From Octopus sinensis (lineage: Eukaryota), in NCBI RefSeq assembly GCF_006345805.1, contig NC_042997.1, positions 133,114,001 through 133,178,000 of the forward strand: a DNA stretch of 64,000 bases, read 5' to 3'. Shown here in pieces: positions 52,035-64,000 of this stretch (position 1 is the first letter of the stretch; every line of letters starts with the position of its first letter). The translations under genes and the position numbers were made by a program. Below the pieces are notes generated by a model, which saw nothing but the letters and a program-made list of their open reading frames with translations, was not told the DNA's origin and ran no database searches.

Positions 52035-53028
52035 CACACACAGTATTAATAAAATAGGTTAGATGTGGTCAGAAAGAATATTTAGCTCAGTGGTCAGTAG
52101 GGATAGCTAAAAATAGATGCCTAGCTTAAGCGAGTATGTATAGGATAAAAAATACAATTAGATGGATAAAGGATACAAATGAAAGAATTGAAAAATAAAA
52201 ATTAAATGAACTAAAAAGTTTACAGATTACAAATTAAAAAATTTTTTAAATTTAAAAATTTGAAATTAAAAAATGAAAAAAATTTATAAGTTTTATCGCA
52301 ACTAGCTACCTTCTAAGATACTTGTGTTGACATAGAAGAAAAAAACGTACGTATATTGTAACGATCGAGGATGCATATAGACAAGTGTTATGTGTGTTGA
52401 TTTTGTTAGAATTTTGTTTGTTAAATATATATATTTATGTATGTATAAATGCATACACACACATACATACTTACAGACACATACACACACACGCATGCAC
52501 GCATGCACACACACAGAGACTGTAAAAGAAAGCGAGAAAACCAAGGGTAGTCTTGAGATGCATATTTACATGGAGTACAAAATACAGATTGCTTTATTGG
52601 TCCCAGGTTTGGGGTGGTGGAGTATGAACTTTAAATACGTATGTATACACACATATATGTATATATAAATTTCACCCCGGACATGCTAGAAACAAAAGGT
52701 AAAGGACAGGATTTCTGGGAAAACTTCCTATTACGCTTATATCGAAGATCAAGTTTTTAAATATGCTTATCATAAACACAAATTGCAGAATAGGAAAAGA
52801 TCATTTCAATTGAGTCTGAGCTGTAATTTTGCGCGTGCACACAGCAAGAAATGTCATTCTTTCGTTTGAGGCAGCAAAGTTGTCAACTCGATCATATAGG
52901 ATCATATGACTGTTCGTTAATTTCCGTAAATATCTTTTATTTCTTTATGCCTTGAAGATGTGTGTACGTATATATGAAGTGGTAAAAAAAGTTGTGCCAA
53001 AAACAAAGTTTATTTGGTAGCCTTTATA

Positions 53029-53951
53029 TTGGGTCATCCCATAAATAATGCGGATTTCTTTTATGCTTCTTATTATTTTTCAAAATTAAGATAACGAAAT
53101 TTCATTTTTAATTTAAAATATACTCTCCTTAATTTTCTACAATGCTCTTCCTTTTATCTGGTAGACTTGCAAGGCCCCTCTTCCAAAAATTCACTTGTCC
53201 ACGACGGAAAATACTCCTCCACTACTGTTCTGACCTCGTGTACAGAACTCATATTTTTTCTGTCCAAATGTTTTGAAGACTGGAATAATAATCAGATGGG
53301 GCAATGTCCAGTGAATATGATGAGTGTGGTATCGTTTCCCATTGAAACTGCTCCAGCTTTGGGAATGCCATCCTCGCAGTATGCAGCCGACCATTATCCT
53401 GATGGAAGAATACCTTTCGACTCGAAACCAAAGATGATCGCTTTTCTTCTAGCGCTGATTTGAATGACTGGTTGAAAGACAAAATCCAAAACTTTTCTGC
53501 TAGTTCCTCAACAGTTACGATGGGATTTTGTTCCACCAGCGTTTGCAGGACATCCTCGTCGAGCTCTACAGATCTTCCAGTACGAGGCTCGTCTTCTAGA
53601 CTGTAGTTTTCGGTTCGGAATTTCTTGAACCACAGTTGAGATTGGCTTACGCTTGTTATCCGATCTCTATATACTGCATTAATATTTCTCGCACTTTTCG
53701 TTGCGTTGTTGCCTTTTGTTGAACTCATAAAGCAAAATATGCCGAATATGCTCCTTTTTTCACGTCCATTATAGTTTGGGAAAATAACTGTTAACATCGA
53801 ACTGCGCTCTTCAAAATTTGCACTAAAAATAAGTACAAGGTAAAATTACGACCTGCTTTTATAACAAGTTAATACAGGTAGGGTATCCCATCCCCCATCG
53901 ACTTCTAGTTCATGCAATTGAAGAAACCGCATTACTTTTGGGATGACCCAG
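53029..53951 (-). mobile_element. Internally deleted mariner (Hsmar1/cecropia-like)
   Basis: TIRs TTGGGTCATCCCA.AA.TAATGCGG with TA flanks; WFKKFR..SLEDEPRTGRS..FFHQDNGRLHTA..PHSSYSLDIAPSDY; first catalytic D region missing. Confidence 0.92.
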
Positions 53952-54332
53952 TATATATAGCTAGATGACAAGCAGTTTTCTTTATTATAGTACACATGTG
54001 GCAAATTCAGAGAAACATTACTTTCGTTATTCATATATCATTACTCCTGTAATACAACACTTTGTAATTGAAAGTATGAAACTATTTTCACTTTCTAATG
54101 AAATTTGGTTGTTGTAGAGCAGTGTTTTTTTTAAATAACTAAAGCTGGTTGTAGAGATAACTTGGAAAATATGTAAATTAAAATAAAATTTATTTGGTAG
54201 CCGAAAGATTACTGAATCTTGTAATACCCCATACGTCAAAATCGGCAACTCAGTTTTTCGAATGCATAAGGAACATGCGCAAACACACACACAAACTCTC
54301 TTATATATATATATATATATATAATATATATA

Positions 54333-54378
<46 letters not shown>

Positions 54379-54415
54379 CTCTCTCTCTCTCTCTCTTCTC
54401 TCTCTATATATATAT

Positions 54416-54455
<40 letters not shown>

Positions 54456-54829
54456 CTACAATATACGCACATACATACATACATGTATACCTACAAATGC
54501 ATAAATGGATATATATGTATGAATGTATGTATGTATGTATGTATATGTGTATGCATATATATATATATATAATATATATATTATATATATATATATATAT
54601 ATGCATATTCATATATGCATATTCATATATGCATATTCATATATGTCGTTTGTTTTAGTGGTTAGCATGTTCGGCTCACGCCTGTAAGGTCGCGTGTTCG
54701 GTTCTTGACAGTGACTAGAGTCCTTCAACAGAACCGTTCCGTTCATGGGATTAACTGGCACACTCGTCGTCATGATGGGCGGAGTGTCAGTTATTTGTTA
54801 TTATACATATAAACACACACCTGGACATA

Positions 54830-55381
54830 CAGGGTTATTCAAAAAGAAAGAGCAGATTTCAAGTTTATTTTTAAAACATACGGTAAGAGACATAAACACA
54901 TTCTACATATTTCTTGATAGGGGAAGGTTTAAAGTTTATTTTAAGGTGGTATGCACTCAATATGAGCACCATGTGTTGCTCGATAAACATCGAAACCTTT
55001 TTCTGTGAAATTTTTACGCCATTCGTAAAGTTGCATCTGACGAGGTGGTTTTTTATTGAATTGGCGGCGAAATTCACGTTGCACTTACACAATTGATTCC
55101 CATTTCTCAAACTGCGGCACACAAAAATACTTTTCTTATGGCGTTGACATTTTCTAAAGGATTACGCAAATGAAAATTATACAACTTTAAATAAAATGAA
55201 AAAATGAAACATTAAAACAAAATTCAAATATTATTTTATTTAAGGCTTAATTCAGTTGATCATGTTCAGCCATAAACTTTAAACCTTTCCCTATCAAGAA
55301 ATATGTAGAATGTGTTTGTGTCTTTTACCGTTTGTTTTAAAACTAAATTTGAAATCTGCTCTTTCTTGTTGAATAACCCAG
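54830..55381 (-). mobile_element. Non-autonomous Tc1/mariner (DUF4817-type, maT/rosa-like) with about 110-bp TIRs
   Basis: CAGGGTTATTCAA..TTGAATAACCCAG; residual MSTP*EKYFCVPQFEKWESIV*VQREFRRQFNKKPP fused to C-terminal DVYRATHGAHIE. Confidence 0.8.
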
Positions 55382-56183
55382 TGTGTATGTATGTATGTAT
55401 ATATACATACATGCATAAACACACACACACACACATATACAGATATATGTGTGTATACATATGTATATGCATACATAGCTGTATGTGAGTGTAGAATTAA
55501 ATTGTCTACAGTAGAATAAATTATATATATTTGTGTAGTTTTAAACATAAATTATATATTAAGCATTTACAAGAGTGGCCTCACACCACTGATCTGATAA
55601 GAGCTGCTCACTTCTCTTTCTGTTTTAAGTTTCGCTTGTAAATATCATGTCTATATGTTGCTCAATTGAAATCATCAAAAACTTTTAATTTATAGCTTGC
55701 ATATTATGGCGCCTTACTTTATTTACCAAGTGTCGCGTTGGGATCTATTGACGTAATAAATGCTACTTGAGGCAAGAGTTGTGAACAGGAACTTTCCCTT
55801 GCTCTCACGATATAAAACTAAGGAAGTTCTCTGGAGAACTAAACACCATGTTGCTTATAAAGTTATATCATAATAAACAGCTCCTAATTATTTACACGAT
55901 ATCTTAATACGTTATTATAACGTAATAATCATTAATATGTTTTTTCCGTAATATTATTTATCTCTTCACGTAAGATATTTCCGTTTTGCTAATTTCGGAG
56001 TGTTCATTCGATATGGTATTTTCGTATTTATTTTTCCTTCTTTAAATATGTTAACAGATGCACGTATGTTTTTGGTAGGCTGCGAAAGATAGTGGTGGCG
56101 AAATTTGAAAACTGTATTGTCTTTGACATGTTTTTAAATCTAAATTTGTTCTCACTGTGGAATCACTCGAAACATCTTTCGTA

Positions 56184-56185
<2 letters not shown>

Positions 56186-56276
<91 letters not shown>
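56186..56276. repeat. (TATC)n microsatellite
   Basis: Direct reading. Confidence 0.95.
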
Positions 56277-56546
56277 GTGTGTGTGTCAGTATGTGTGTGT
56301 GTGTGCCTGTGTGTACGTGTGTGTCTGTTTGTTATGAAACTTGTGCAGCCTTGACCTGGCTGTCATAGAAAGAATATTATCCTTTGATTTTGGAAGCATA
56401 AAATATATATTGCATTACGCTCTCAAACGTACATTTTTTACTCTCAGTTTCGCTAATGGTATGGCAGTCTTTGTCTTTCTCTCTCTCCCTCTCTCTCTTT
56501 CTTTCCCTCTCTCTCAGTGTATGCATATATATATTTATATATGTGT

Positions 56547-56589
<43 letters not shown>

Positions 56590-57154
56590 CACATGCAATA
56601 CATGAATGCATACATACAAGCATCATACAAAAGCAGTAACAGCGAAGATGGTAAAATATAAACGATATTAAATGTACTTTTATCACAGGATATTTGAGAC
56701 GGGGTAAAGAATACGCTGGCTTGGCAAGTGATAGATAAACGACTTTATTCTTGTCACTACATATGTTGTTCACAAATACACACATTATCACTTGTTTTGG
56801 CAAGTGACTTAATCTGAAGCTATTTGTTGAGATTGAAGAACTAACATAGTTGAGGGGCTACTTCAATAATTTAAAAGCATGCAAGACTTTTCCCTGCGAC
56901 CTCTCATACCCGATTGTTGCATGGATTTTACTCTATCATAAACACATACAGAAACACACATATATGTATAATGTATGTGCATACATACACGCACACGCGC
57001 ATATACGTGTGTGTGTGTTTCAGTTGCAGGATTCGTTAGAATATAGGTGTATCAAAAACGAGTCACCAGGGTTGGCTGGGTACGTAGTATTAAACCTACA
57101 ACTTGAAGAAACTTACAGTTGTCGTTTGTTGTTAGTTCATCATATCTCCATAAT

Positions 57155-57248
<94 letters not shown>

Positions 57249-57399
57249 TATATATATATTACTACTACTAAATAGGAAAAAAAAATTTTTTCAGAAAAAA
57301 ATTTCATCAAAAGTGGCAGTATATTAAAATACATTTAAAGGTTAAAATTATATACAACTTACAAACAAGGGCAAAAGTAAAATTATTTCTGTGCCAATA

Positions 57400-58212
57400 T
57401 GCTGATAACAGACTTTAAATCGTCAGTTCCACATATCATTATACATTCACTATAAATATAAGCAGGAATCTCTAACATACCAAGGGAAAAACGTTGCACA
57501 ATACTAAAAGAAATAGACAGAGTTATAAATTTTGCAGAATCGCCTCCTTTGAATAAAGTACACTACGACCAAGAGTGACGTGGGCAAAAAGGATGTATGA
57601 AGATAGACGTTACAAATGTAAGTTTTACTGACGAGTGCAGAGCAACATTAGATGGACCTGACTGATGGGCAAGGAGCTGGGTATTAAATGGTAAAAGTCA
57701 GTCAACGCGATTAAGAAGACGGTAGGGTGATGGAGGAATCATGTTTTGTGACAGTATAGTTGGAGGAGACATTATAGGCCCATTTACGTTTGCTGATAGG
57801 GTCAAAATAAACGCTGAAAATTATTGCAAGTTTCTAGATGACAACTTTTTCCATTGGTTCAAGTCAACAACGCGAAGTTTCCAGTTAAAGTGCATATTTA
57901 GGCATGATAATGTCCCTTCACACTCTGCCAAACTCACTATTAACCATTTAGCTAAGGAACGTTTCAAAGAACATAAGATAATGGAATGACCCCCTCTCAA
58001 ACTCCAGATCTAAACTCAATAGAGAATTTGTGGTCAATTATTAAAAAAGTGGTATATTCTAATGGTAAATAATATCCATACAAGGATTGACTATGGGAAG
58101 CAATAAAAACTGCTGCAAATAATATTAAAAGTGGGATTGTTGAGAAAATGACAAAATCAGTTGAGAGAATATTTAAATTTATAGATAGTAAAGGAGGCGA
58201 TAAAAAGATGTA
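57400..58212 (+). mobile_element. Tc1/Tc3-like DD34E transposase remnant
   Basis: FTDECRATLDGPD*W, HDNVPSH, PDLNSIENLWSIIK with stops and frameshifts. Confidence 0.85.
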
Positions 58213-58499
58213 AAATATATACATAATTGTTTGTAAATATAATTATATGGTGGAAGATATACATATATATTAATGGTCAGGTTATGTATTGTTCTATATG
58301 TAAATCACATTACATGTAGTTTATATAATATTTGTTCACATGCATAATAAAAAGAAACGCTTTATAAACATGTTTTTCTTAATTTCTGCTTTTAATGTAC
58401 ATCGATTTAGACAAAAAGTATTCGGGATGTGGGATATGTAATCCTACATTTCCCCTAAACATTTCTCCTAAACATTTCAAGAAAATCCTAAGCACCTGC

Positions 58500-59442
58500 A
58501 ATGTGAGCTGGACAAAATATACAAATGGGCTGAAAAGAATAGCATGCAGTTCAATGCTGAAAAGTTTCAAGCTTTATACTATCAGCATGCAAAACTAAAT
58601 GCAATACCCGATAAATACACTGGACCTGGAGGGATTGCAATCCCAGAGGCACAATCAGTGCGAGACCTGGGTATTTACATGAGTGATGATGCAACCTTTC
58701 ATGTGCATGTTGCTAAATTGGCAATGAAATGTAGGCGGCTGACCGGATGGATTCTTAGAACCTTTAGAACAAGAGACCAGGAAACCATGATGGTCCTCTG
58801 GAGGACACTTGTCCTAAGCCATTTTGACTATTGCTCTCAGCTATGGTCACCATCCAGTGTCAAGTTAATCACAGAACTTGAGGCGATCCAACGAAGCTAC
58901 ACGAAGAAGATAGCCTCTGTGCAGCATATAAGCTATTGGGAAAGACTCAAGAGATTGAGACTCTATTCCTTAGAGCGTAGGCGAGAAAGATAATCCATAA
59001 TATACATCTGGAAAATCCTAGAAGGACTTGTCCCAAACTTTGGCATCGAGAGTTACACAAATGCCAGAACTGGGCGCCACTGCATAGTGCTTAGGACTCC
59101 AAATTTGCCATCAAGATGTAGGACAAGATACTGTGATAGCCTGGGCTTCCGAGGCCCACAGCCCTTCAATATCCCCCCGAAGAACCTAAGAGACCTGCAT
59201 GGGGTGGATGCAGATGTCTTTAAAATGAAACTGGATCTCTTCTTGTCAGGTGTTCCAGATGAACCAACTTCACGGCAGGAGGTGCAGATGAGGGCAGCTG
59301 CATCGAATTCTCTCATGCACCAGATGGCATTTGCTAAAAAGCATTCGCGAAGTAAAATCATGTAGCAACACCAAATGGCGGTGCCCCAGCATGGCCACAG
59401 CTTGTGAGCTGAAACTAAATAAAATAAAATAAAATAAAAAAA
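58500..59442 (+). mobile_element. 5'-truncated CR1/L2-type LINE (RT C-terminus, 3' UTR, (TAAAA)n tail)
   Basis: WAEKNSMQFNAEKF..VRDLGI..GWILRTF..FDYCSQLWSP..LEAIQR..YWERLKRLRLYSLERRRER. Confidence 0.9.
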
Positions 59443-59515
59443 GGGTTTTTGATTTTCTTGAGGAATGATTGACCAGCATAATAAAAGGAAACATAGTGTA
59501 TGTATGTATATATAT

Positions 59516-59559
<44 letters not shown>

Positions 59560-60192
59560 CATCCGCTGGGCAGCTAATTTCCACAAATGTACACAGTTTC
59601 TATTCTCTATCCCAATCATTACGTCAGATCTGTTGTGCTTACATTTTATTGGGGTCTTCACTGGTACATTCCACCATTATTCCTTTTTATTATAAGTTGC
59701 TATGGCTTCTACCATATTGTGGTTTCTTATTTCTTTGTCCTCGGGATTATCCTTCCGCCGGATTTCATTGTAGAGTATCCTAGCTATTACATCATGTCTC
59801 ATCAGTAGATAATACCGTGATGATATTTTCGGACAACTGCTTACGATATGGATGTTAGCTTCAGTATGAACTCCACAAAGTCTGCATCGCTTGTCACATT
59901 TTACTGCTTTTCCTACATCTCTGTCCCTTTTTTGCATCAGATACTTGGTTGATATTTCCTGTTCCAAGATAGAAAATGCATACCTTTCAACGTGGGAGGT
60001 AGTAATCCGGCTATTGGTCCCTGATAAACTGCTTTGATTATCGATGTTAATATAATCACAGAGCTTTCTGCTGACATATCCTTGCATAGTCTTCTGCTGA
60101 TATAGGCTCATCCTTTCATCTGATGATACGTTGTGGTAGAGTCGTGCGAATTCTTTAGACATGTATTCTAGGTTATCAGACGAAGAGTGTTG
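59560..60192 (-). mobile_element. Third R4/Dong-type RLE LINE fragment
   Basis: CRLCGVHTEANIHIVSSC..RHDVIA..WWN..HNRSDV; bounded by (TA)n and (TATG)n. Confidence 0.8.
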
Positions 60193-61381
60193 TATGTATG
60201 TATGTATGTATGTATGTATGTATGTATGTATGTATGTATGTATATTTGCATGTATGTATGTATGTTTGCATGTATGTATGTATGTATGTATGTATGTATG
60301 TATGTATGTATGTATGTATGTATGTATGTAGTTTACTGAAGTGAACGTTTAGTTCAGAACTTGAATTTCAAGCAACCTGCAATCTCCAGGCAAGAACTCT
60401 TACAACCCTGGTTGATAATATAAGTGGCAAGTGTATTTGTTATTTTATATTGGCGTTCGTTTATTGAGTTGCGCTTTGTGATTGGCGGTTATATTTCTGC
60501 TGGTATATTCCACTAATCAACGTTTGTGGTATATCTATTTTCTTGTATTTATTGATGGGGAGCGTATTTTCATTTTATTTTATTTTTCGTTCTGGACTGA
60601 TACCTTATTCTAGTTGAGGCAGTTCTTTTTAAAATTTGTTTTGGCATGTTTTTGTGACAATTTGTTTTTGACGTTGTTTTCGTATCGTTATTGACTTTCT
60701 AAGTATCATTGTCTTTTTACACTGAGTAATTTGACAAAGGAATCTCTATCTTCTCAGCAACTGACATCGTCGCCGCAAATGGATTTTCATTGTGATGGGT
60801 TCTATACTTCGAATTTGGGTATCTTCCAGAATAGTAATATGAATTTGATTTAAATACAATGCCAGGAGTTTTATGGGAAATTGGTTAGGATAATAATCAA
60901 ACGAAGTATTTGACCGGCACTTTATTTTTATCGACCCCGAAAGCATAAAAGTGGAAGAAGATACAAACTCACAGAGGTTCCAAAACAAGAAGACAAAAAA
61001 AGTTGTGAAAATTGTTTCAAATTTTGCACCAATGTCAGCTCCCGAAATTGACTGCTACATTATGACTCCGAAGAGATGAGCGGTAATGTTGATCTCCGTG
61101 GGATTTGAACTTAAAACGTATCGATCCGGAATAATAATAATTGCTTCATGTTTTGGCACACGTCAGCAGTTTTAGGGAGAATGGTGTAAGTGATTACATT
61201 GAGCCAAGTACTTGACTTTTGCCTTATTTTATTGACTCTGGCTGGATGACAGCAAAGACGACCTCGGCGGGAATTGAAATCAGAAAGTAAAGATTCAGAA
61301 CTAATACTGCGCGTGGCACTTTTCTGACGCCCTAACAATTCTTCAAGCTAACCACCTGGCACAGAATAATGATGTATATAT

Positions 61382-61443
<62 letters not shown>

Positions 61444-61582
61444 AAATATATAATGATATATATATATATAATTACAGTAATTTGTGCAGCTATATATGTT
61501 CTAATACATTTTGTCATTTTGTTTTAATTCTTCGACCTTTCCTTTGTGCTCACTATGACAAGTATATCATGCATATCGCATT

Positions 61583-61832
61583 CTTTTACTCTTTTACTCT
61601 TTTACTTGTTTCAGTCATTTGACTGTGGCCATGCTGGAGCACTGCCTTTAGTCGAGCAAATCGACGCCAGGACTTATTCTTTGTTAGCCTAGTACTTATT
61701 CTATCAGTCTCTTTTGCCGAACCGCTCAGTTACGGGGCGTAAACAAACCAGTATCGGTTGTCAAGCAATGTTGGGGGACAAACACAGACACACAAACATA
61801 CACACACACACAAACACACACACACACACACA

Positions 61833-61863
<31 letters not shown>

Positions 61864-62045
61864 CTCATATATATATATATATATATATGTACGACGGGCT
61901 TCTTTCAGTTTCCGTCATCCAAATCCACTCACAAAGCTTTGGTCGGCCCGAAGCTGTAGAAGACACTTGCCCAAGATGCCACGCAGTGAGACTGAACCTG
62001 GAACGATGTGGTCCGTAAGCAAGCTACTTACCACACAGTCACTCT
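61583..62045 (-). mobile_element. SINE family A
   Basis: Full copy with internal (CA)n(TA)n. Confidence 0.9.
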
Positions 62046-62214
62046 TACGTTACGAACAATATTCTTTTCTACTCTAGGCAAAAGGCCCGAAATTTTGATG
62101 GAGGGGGCCAGTCGATTAGATCGACTCCAGTAAGCAACTGGTACTTAATTTATCGACTCTGGAAATATGAAAGGCAACGTCGATGTTATGAACAATATTG
62201 TCTGTCTTGACCCA

Positions 62215-62470
62215 CCTATATAGTGTTGCTGGATTAACTCTGACTTATTTGATTCGCTATGATAGATCGCTAGCCCATACACATTCTTTATTTTCTCTAT
62301 TTTCTCTCCTTGTTTCTGTCTGTGTTCCTTTCTCTGGGGGATCGTAGGCTCGAAACGTTAAAGACTTTTTCACTTCCCGAGCGTTATACTAATACATCTG
62401 TTTGTTGTCCTCACCACCTGTCTTCGTCTTTTGTTTTTTTTGTGTGTGTGTGTGTGTGTGAATTCTCTCC
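62215..62470 (+). mobile_element. PLE pseudo-LTR remnant with decayed hammerhead (62326-62365)
   Basis: CGTAGGCTCGAAACGTTAAAGAC matches the 1153-1190 motif; downstream ACCTGTCTTCGTCTTTTGT matches the reverse complement of 1077-1097. Confidence 0.6.
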
Positions 62471-62602
62471 ATACTATCTAACATGCACTCTATTGTCTTT
62501 GGCGCTGGAACATTAGCAAACAGAACTTTTACGTCCAAGAGGTTTCTTTCTTCTTTCTTCAAATCACTTACGATATCCGTATACGGTATGTATTTCTTGG
62601 TT

Positions 62603-62840
62603 TAAGGCGGCGAGATGGCAGAAACGTTAGCACGCCGGGCGAAATGCTTAGCGGTATTTCGTCTGCGTTACGTTGTGAGTTCAAATTCCTCCGTGGTCGA
62701 CTTTGCCTTTCATCCTTTCGGGGTCGATAAATTAAGTACCAGTTACGCACTGGGGTCGATGTAATCGACTTAATACCTATGTCTGTCCTTGTTTGTCCCC
62801 AGTGTGTTTAGCCCCTTGTGGGTAATAAAGAAATAGGTAT
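62603..62840 (+). mobile_element. SINE family C
   Basis: AAGGCGGCGAGATGGCAGAAACGTTAGCACGCCGGGCGAAATGCTTAGC. Confidence 0.8.
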
Positions 62841-63384
62841 GTATTCGTTGGTAATAAAGTCTTAATTGTTTATCGATTTTCCATCTGGATCTTTATTTAT
62901 TTTTAATGTCAACAAGGCAGTGAGCCGACAGGATCGTTACCACACGTGACGAAATGCTTAGCAGCATTTCGTCCATCTTTACTTTCTAAGTTCAAATTCT
63001 GCGGTTTCTGTGGCGTATGCGTTCCTCCCAGCATAATTCAATTGCAAATACGAAAGTTGTAAACATCACAATCCTAATTGTCGTAGTGGCCATTCAAATA
63101 CGTCAGTCATCCGCTTAGCTTACTATACTCTTAAAACTACTACGAGAGACTGCAATTCATTATAGCGCACAGCACAAAATAAACTAGATAGGTACACATA
63201 AATAATTAAAATAATTGATTAATGATGGAATCTATACTCTTAGTGCAGCTGAAAGCTAAAATATACAGAGAAATGTACAAATGATAAACAAACATATATA
63301 TCTGACCGATGGCATAAATCTAGCACTCAAAATTAGAAGTATGCTAGAAGTATGTCTTTAGTTATCACATTAACAAAACAAGAA

Positions 63385-63638
63385 AAAAGGCTGTTTTCCT
63401 CTTGAGTCATACACACTGATAAGGGCCGGTTTCCAGGTTTTTATGGCGTATATATTCCTCACCTGGACGGGACGCCGGTCCGTTGTAGGATTACTCACTT
63501 TTGCCAGCTGAGTGAACTGGAGCAACCTGAAACGAAGTGTTTTGCTCAAGAACACAATGAGTCGCCCGGTCCAAGAATCGAAACCATAATTTTACAATCA
63601 TAAATCCAACACACTAACCAGTAAGCCACGCGCCTCCA
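63385..63638 (-). mobile_element. SINE family B variant
   Basis: tRNA head at 63565-63638; ATAAGGGCCGGTTTCC..TGGACGGGACGCCGGTCCGT shared with 29126-29190. Confidence 0.8.
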
Positions 63639-64000
63639 GTATATAAAAAAAGGATCAATAGTCATTAAAATCACTTTACCCAGAAGATAAGACTATGAAG
63701 ATCAACAAACGTAGATAAGAGACTTAGAAATTTTATTCAGGAACTTATATATGAGATATAATGAAAATTTGATAAAGATATAGACTATAAGTCAGTCGTG
63801 TATTCAATATACATTCCTATACGTACATACACGCATTCACACATCTAGGTATAAATAAACCTATATGCATATGTATGGATGCATGTATGCACGTCTTGTA
63901 TACATATAATAATAAATATCCATGAATAATTGATTCGCTCATATGCAGTATAAATAATGTCTCTGAATATTACCTACATGCTGCAAACATGTATGTGATT

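Noticed and set aside
53249-53797. SETMAR or other domesticated transposase gene (likewise ZBED8 for the hAT copies)
   Set aside because: TIRs are present, the ORFs are deleted or frameshifted, and there is no SET domain.

Overview
Eukaryotic, AT-rich, repeat-saturated genomic DNA. The SINE families and the dense (TA)n/(TG)n/(TATG)n microsatellites suggest a coleoid cephalopod, probably Octopus (inferred from recall, not verified). I found no intact host protein-coding gene, and most listed ORFs are microsatellite noise. The window holds three abundant SINE families (two with tRNA-like heads) and LINE remnants (CR1/L2-type, R4/Dong RLE, Hero-like, RTE). It also holds Penelope-like element (PLE) remnants and DNA transposons (mariner, Tc1, DUF4817-type, hAT-Charlie/Buster, Chapaev3, several MITEs). 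A 100-N gap is flanked by a duplicated segment. Highlights: (1) a set of hammerhead ribozyme motifs, including a perfect minimal one in a terminally redundant 353-bp unit, one whose three strands lie in a non-circularly permuted order, and one downstream of a tRNA-like Pol III head; (2) an UNC5 netrin-receptor Ig1 fragment with a nonsense codon between 270-300 bp inverted repeats, with a predicted in-frame splice to an unrelated ORF; (3) a SINE/LINE shared 3' tail with a covarying hairpin; (4) a foldback MITE carrying telomere-type (CCCTAA)n repeats. All alignments and folds were done by eye, so boundaries are approximate.
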